Positions 30,101 to 36,100 of a stretch of DNA of 64,000 bases are shown here, piece by piece. The number at the start of each line of letters is the position of its first letter. Positions within the stretch are counted from its first letter, which is position 1. Made by a program: the position numbers and the translations under genes. Below the pieces are notes generated by a model. The model was given only the letters and a program-made list of their open reading frames with translations. It was not told the DNA's origin and made no database searches. Source of the stretch: Oscillospiraceae bacterium (GTDB taxonomy: Bacteria > Bacillota > Clostridia > Oscillospirales > Oscillospiraceae); the NCBI GenBank assembly GCA_048201935.1, contig DBFBGR010000024.1, forward strand, positions 41,322 to 105,321, given 5' to 3'.

Positions 30101-33100
30101 ACATCTTCACCGTGACGGAGGCGCTGCCCGCGCTCACGGTGTAGCCCGTGTCATAGCCATCCACCAAGACCTTATAGGTGTGGCCGTTCATCAGCGCGCT
30201 GTCGGTCCACGCGTTGGTGCTGGTAGAGGTCCGTGTAATGGTAGAGGTAGAGCCGGTCCAGTTCTGGTGCTTGGCGGTGTCCGCCCCGGTGGTGGCCGCG
30301 TCCACCAGCTCGATGCGCACCCGGTCCGCGCCCTCGGTGTAGGCAGTGGTGCCGTCATGGCGCACCAGGTTGATGGTGCCGGTGAAGTTATCCGCTTCCC
30401 AGAACACTTTCACCGTAACGTCCTTCTTGGGGGTCACCATGATGTGGTCGCGGTCGGCGGTGTCCACATAGTAGCTGTTGGAGTCGGCGGGGATGGCGTC
30501 GCCCTTGGCGCCGCTGCTATTCTTGTTGAAGTCCACGTCGGCGGCCACGGTGGGAGAGACCACCTTCCAGCCCACCACCCGCATGGTGGCCTTGGGGGAG
30601 GTCACCACCGGCACATAGTCGCCGGTGTCCACAAAGAGGGCGTAGTTGCCGCTGGCGTCGGGCCCGGTCACATCGTCCACGCTGGTGCCGGTGGGCTTGT
30701 TGATGTCGCCGCCGCTCTTGTTGTCGTTTTGCAGCGTGACCTTATACTGCTCTTGATAGTTGGCCGTCAGGGTGATCTGGTTGGAGGTGGTGATGCCCAG
30801 ATCGTTCTTCAGCGCGCCCTCGGCAGGCAGGGTGAAGGTGGTGCTATAGCCGGTCTTGGTCTTGTTGGCCACCGTCACCATGTCGGTGTCGGTACCGGCG
30901 TTGCTATACTGGCTCACCGTCCAGCTATTGAAGCGGTACCACTTCTTGTCGCTGCCCTGGCCGCTGTGGTTATTGCGGCTGGCGGAAATGCTCAGATTGG
31001 ACTGCGCGCCGCTCTTGGCCAGGAAAATCTTGCTGGTGGTGGGGGTGGAGCCCACGCTGGCGGCGTGGTCCACGTTCACATTCGCCGAGGCGTTGGTCAA
31101 CCCGCCGCCCAGGGCCAGCACCACGGTGTAGTAGTTCACCTCAGCGGTGGCGGGGCTCGACACGGTGTTAGCGGTGGTCACCGTGACGGTCTTGCCCGTA
31201 TTTTCGCCGCCCACGTAGACGTTATAGGTGCCCACATGGACCTTGTTGCCGTAAATGCCGGTGTTGGCGCCGGTCTCGGTCAGGTCATATTGCTTCGCGC
31301 CGTCCTTCCACAGCTCCACGGTCTGTCCACCACGCACGGCGTTGTCCAGCTTCACCGTGACCTGCGCGGGGTACTCGCCCTGCTTGTAGAAGGCGGTGAC
31401 CACCACCTTGTCGGTCCCGGTGGGCTTGACGGTGATCACGTCGCCGGTGGTCACATAGTGGCCGCTGGCGTCCGCCGTCAGCGTAGCCGCGCTGGCGTTG
31501 GAGCCGTCATGGACGGTGCAGGTCCCCGTCACCGTCCAGTAGTTCAACTGGATGCCGTCCCCGGGCACGGTGGTGACGGACATATAGTCGCCGTCGTCGA
31601 TCTTGTTGCCCGTCAGGTCGCTGGTGCTGGCGGAGGTAGAGGCCAGCACAGAGCCCGTGCTCCCCGCCGCCACCTGGATGGTGGTGGCGGAGCCCTTGGT
31701 GCTGTCCATCTTGGCGTCCACTTCCCGCTGGAGGACAAAGTAGGCCGTAGCGTCAATGTCGTGGGAGATGGTATCAAAGGTCACAAAGGTGGCGCTGGCC
31801 ACGGCGTTGGGCGTGGTCACCGCCGCGCTGTCGGCGTTGCTCGCCGCCTGGTCGGTGATGGCCCAGGTGTTGGCGCCGTCCTTGGTGTTATCGCGCAGGC
31901 GGTAGCCCACCGTCGAGGTGGGTGCGGCCTGGATGCTCACCTGGGCGTTGCCCGAGCTGGTGGTGGCGCCCACGGGGACATAGACCTCGGTGGCGCTGCC
32001 GCTGATGGACGCGCCAAGGGCCACCTTCACCGTACCGGTGGAGGCGGTGGGATCCTTCTTCACGGCGATCTGGTACATCGCCACGTCATGGGTATCCGTA
32101 CCGTTCCAGGCGTTGCCCGGCTTGAGCACGTCGGTAGAGGACTCAAAGCCGTTGATGGTCAGCTTGCCGGTGGTGGCGGGGTCCAGGTTGGAGATGGTGT
32201 ATGCCCCCGTCCCGGAGGTCTTAGTCACCGTCGCCGCGCCGCCGGAGCCAAAGCCGCCGGTGGCGGTGATGGTGCTGGCGTCAATGGGGGTGGTGCCGTG
32301 CTTCAAGACGATGTGGACCTCATAGCTGAAGTTCGGCGTCAAGGTCACGCCGGTGGTGGGCCAGTTGGTGGTGACCAGGCTGGTGTAGGAGGTGGTCCCC
32401 ACCGTGCCGTGTCCGGTCACGTCCTCGGTCCAGGCGGCGGTGCCGGTCTTCTGGGTATAGCCGCTGGCGGGAGTCAGCCCCAGCACAAAGGAGCTGTCCG
32501 CCTTGCCCACGGCGGTGGTGCCGGCAGTGGTGCTCTGGCCGGCCACCTTCACCGTAGCCCCGGACCAGCCCGTGCCCGAGGCGGTCACATGGACGCTGTA
32601 AAGGGCCAGGGAGGTATTGGTGTTGGCCGAGCCGCTGACCTCGGTGACCTCATAGTCGCCGCTGACAGTGGTGACCACCCACTTGTAGTCGGCCCCAGAG
32701 GACTCGATACCGCTGGCGGTGTAGATGATAGCGGTGGTATCCGTGGTGGTGTCCGTGCTGATCTTGCTGCTGGCCACGGTGTTACCGCTCTTATCCACCA
32801 GCTTCACGCCGGTGATGGGCTGGCCCGAGGCCACATTGGGCTGGGCGCCGTCCAACCGAAGCGTAAAGGTGGCGTCAAAGCGGACCTTGGTATAGCCCGC
32901 CGTGGCGGTGCCCACCTTGTTGGTGGTGGTCACCTGCTGGGCCGCATACGTCCCGACGGTCCCGGTGACGTTCGTCAGCGCCCACTTGTCGAAGTTAAAG
33001 AGCCCCGCGCTGGCGTCGGCCACGATGTAGGGCTTGCTGCCCGAGAGATAGTAGTTCTCCACCGAAGCCGCCGTGGTCGTCACCGAGCTGGCCGCGCCCA

Positions 33101-36100
33101 GGCCCACCTTGGCCCCGGCGGTGCCGTCGGTGGTGACGGTCAGCTTGTAATAGGTGATGTCCTTATTGTTGTCCGCGGCGGTGGCGCTGGCGGTGAAGTT
33201 CACGCCGGTATACATCTGCCCCAGGCTGTTGTCGGTATTGGTGGCCCAGATATAATAGGTATCGCCCACCGTCAGCGCGTCGCTGGCCGTGGTGAACTTG
33301 AACTTATCCGTGCCGTCCTGGGTCAGGGTAATGGCCCCGGCGGTGGCGTCGCTGGCCGAGGTGCTCAGCACCACACTGCCGGTGAAGCCCACATAGTTGG
33401 CCGCCGTGCCGTCGTCCTTCTTCACCGTGATCACCGACTGGGTCTTCTGCTTGTCGAAGGTGACCTTGTAGGCGGTGGGCTTGTCGATGGCGTTCAGAGA
33501 ATAGGTGGCCCTGTTGCCGGCGACGCCCGGCGTACCCGACACGCTGGTGGCGGGCGAGGTGGCCTGGTCGGTCCAAGTAGCCTTATTCACGTCATAGGTC
33601 GTGGCAGGCTCCGCCACCAGCACGATACCGGTGGTACCCTTCAGGTATCCACCGTTCACACTGTTGGCGGTCGCACCGGTGACCTGCGCCGAGCTGGCCT
33701 TCACGCTGGCGTCGGTGCCGTCGACGGTCACACTGTAGTAATCCACCGTCTTCTCCACCGTCTCGCTGATGGCCAGGGTGAAGCCGGTCTTGTCCACGCA
33801 CACGCCGTCCACCCAGATATAGTACTTCTCACCGTCACCTGTAGCGGTGGCGTCGCCGGAATAGACGCTGGTCTTGGTGGGCGTGGTGTCACTGAGGCTG
33901 ACCGCGCCCGTAGTCCCGTCCGAATCACTCTTGGTCAGCACCACCGTGTGGGTCTTGGTGGTATCCGCCAAGGTGTCCAGGTTGATGGTCACCTTCACCG
34001 TCCCGGTGGTGATGGCGTTGACATAGTGGGCGGTCAGGGTCTGTCCGTTCCCGTCCGTGCCCGCCTTGGCCGTGTAGGTGCCATTCGTAAGGCCGGTGCC
34101 GCCGCCCAACGTGCCGCCGATACCGTCCTTCTTCGTCCAATTCACGAAGTTGAGATTGTCACTGCTATTCAGATCCTGCGCCTTCAGCGTGATGGTAGCG
34201 CCGTCAAGCACCAACGTGGCACTGGGGCCCTTCTCCGAGCTCCAGCCGCCGCCTGTAAACCGGCCCCGCTTTGCTGTGTTCGTAATGGCCGCGCTGGTAC
34301 TGTCGTTGTAGGCCGCAAGGGTGACCACCTGGGTGTCCACCCGCGCCGTCGTAGATGTGTAACTCACCGTCGCGCCTGTCTCCAGCGCGCCGTTGGCCGT
34401 ATAGCCAGCCGTGTCGTCCCCTGTGACCTCACCGAAAAGGACCTTATACTCCTTCTCCGGGTCCAGACCAGTAAAAGTATAGACGCCGCTGGCGACCGTG
34501 CCCTTGACCAGCGTGCCCGCGTCGTCCTTCAGCCAGACCACGTTTGCCGTGCTGTTCAGCACGCCGTCAGCATAAAGGCTCACCTCGGCGGTATAGGGCG
34601 ATTTGTAGGTCGCCTGCAGATCGCCGTTGGTCTTACCCACCTGGATGCTCTGGGTGGTTCCCGAGGAGGGAGTAATGTCGGTGGTAGCGTTGGGATAGGT
34701 CATCTTGCTGAAAACGTCGGTGCCATAGCTCTTGACGTTCACCGTCAGATTGGTAAACTGCGGCAGCGTATACACGTCGTCTTCAGTCTGAGATCTGTTG
34801 AGAGTGCTTACAGTATGGGTCCCGCCGTCGCTGATGGTCTCCGACATATAGAGATAAGACCTGTTGTTGTTGGCGGTGGCCCGGCCTAGGGGCACCTTAT
34901 TGGTCACCGTCCCCAGATAGACCGTCTGCTCCAGAACCTGGGCGTCACCCTCGTTGGTGTTGAAGGTGATCTTGGCGGTGTGGTCAGTGTCGGCATAGCA
35001 CACCACGCCATTGATAAGGATCTCCCACTCCGCACCCTTATCCAGCTTGACGTTCCACTGGTTGGTAAGCACCGAGTAGTTGGAGACCGTATACGAGTTG
35101 GTGGGCCTGCCCACCTGCCGGATCACCACGCTACCGCCGGCCCCGTCCGTCCCGGAGCCGATCTTGTTGGTTCCCTTGTCCGCGTTGTTCACGATGGTGG
35201 TCAGCTTGACCTCCAGCATGCTGTCCTCATAGGTGGCCGTCAGGTCACGGTCCTTGGTCATCTGTACGACGACCTGCTTCGGATTCCTCTCGTTAAAGAG
35301 GTCCCCGTCCTCCCGGCCAGTCCAATCCTTGATCTTATACGTAGTTTGCGTGGTATGGATCTCCGGCGCGATCAACGTCACCGCGGTATCCGGCATAAAG
35401 TAATTGAAGGTCGACGCGTCGGCGCCGATCTGCTTGGTGAATTGGTTGTCCCTGACGCCCGCGGGATCGCTCTTGTAGGTCAAATGATACAGCGTCACGT
35501 TGGCGGTAAATTTCCCGTTCTCGTCCTTCGTCACCATAATGCCGGTGTCCACACCGTCCACCACGATCGTCTCGCCCACGTTCACCGTGCCCGTATAGAC
35601 ATGCGTAGCGCCTGTGCTTGTCAGGGTCGGCGGGGTGGTGCCGTTGGAGGTGACCGTGTGCACCGTCGGCTCCGCACTCTTGGTGATCGCCTCGCCATCC
35701 GTATCCACCAGCGTGATGGTGACATCCGCAGTAGTGGCCACCGCCCAAATGTGGCCGTCCTTGTGCTCCGCCGCGGTGGTGTCCGAGGTACCCTGAATGG
35801 TACCCGTGGCGTTCAGTCGGTAGGTGTGCGCGCCGCCTCGGGTGGACTGGCCTACGGCCAGCATATTTGTGCCGGTGCTGTCAGAGCAGATGGGCACCTC
35901 ATAGCTCTCCCCCGGCGCCAGCGCCACCGGGATGGTAAAGCTCGTCCCAATGCTGCTGTCCAGACCGTAGTTTTTCGCATAACCCGTGCCCGCCGCGTCG
36001 GTATCCACCGCGGCGGGATGGGAAGTGGCCGGATTATAGCTAGTAACAAGGACCGATACCACCGCCGACCTGGCCATGGTCACCGTGATCTTCTCGATGG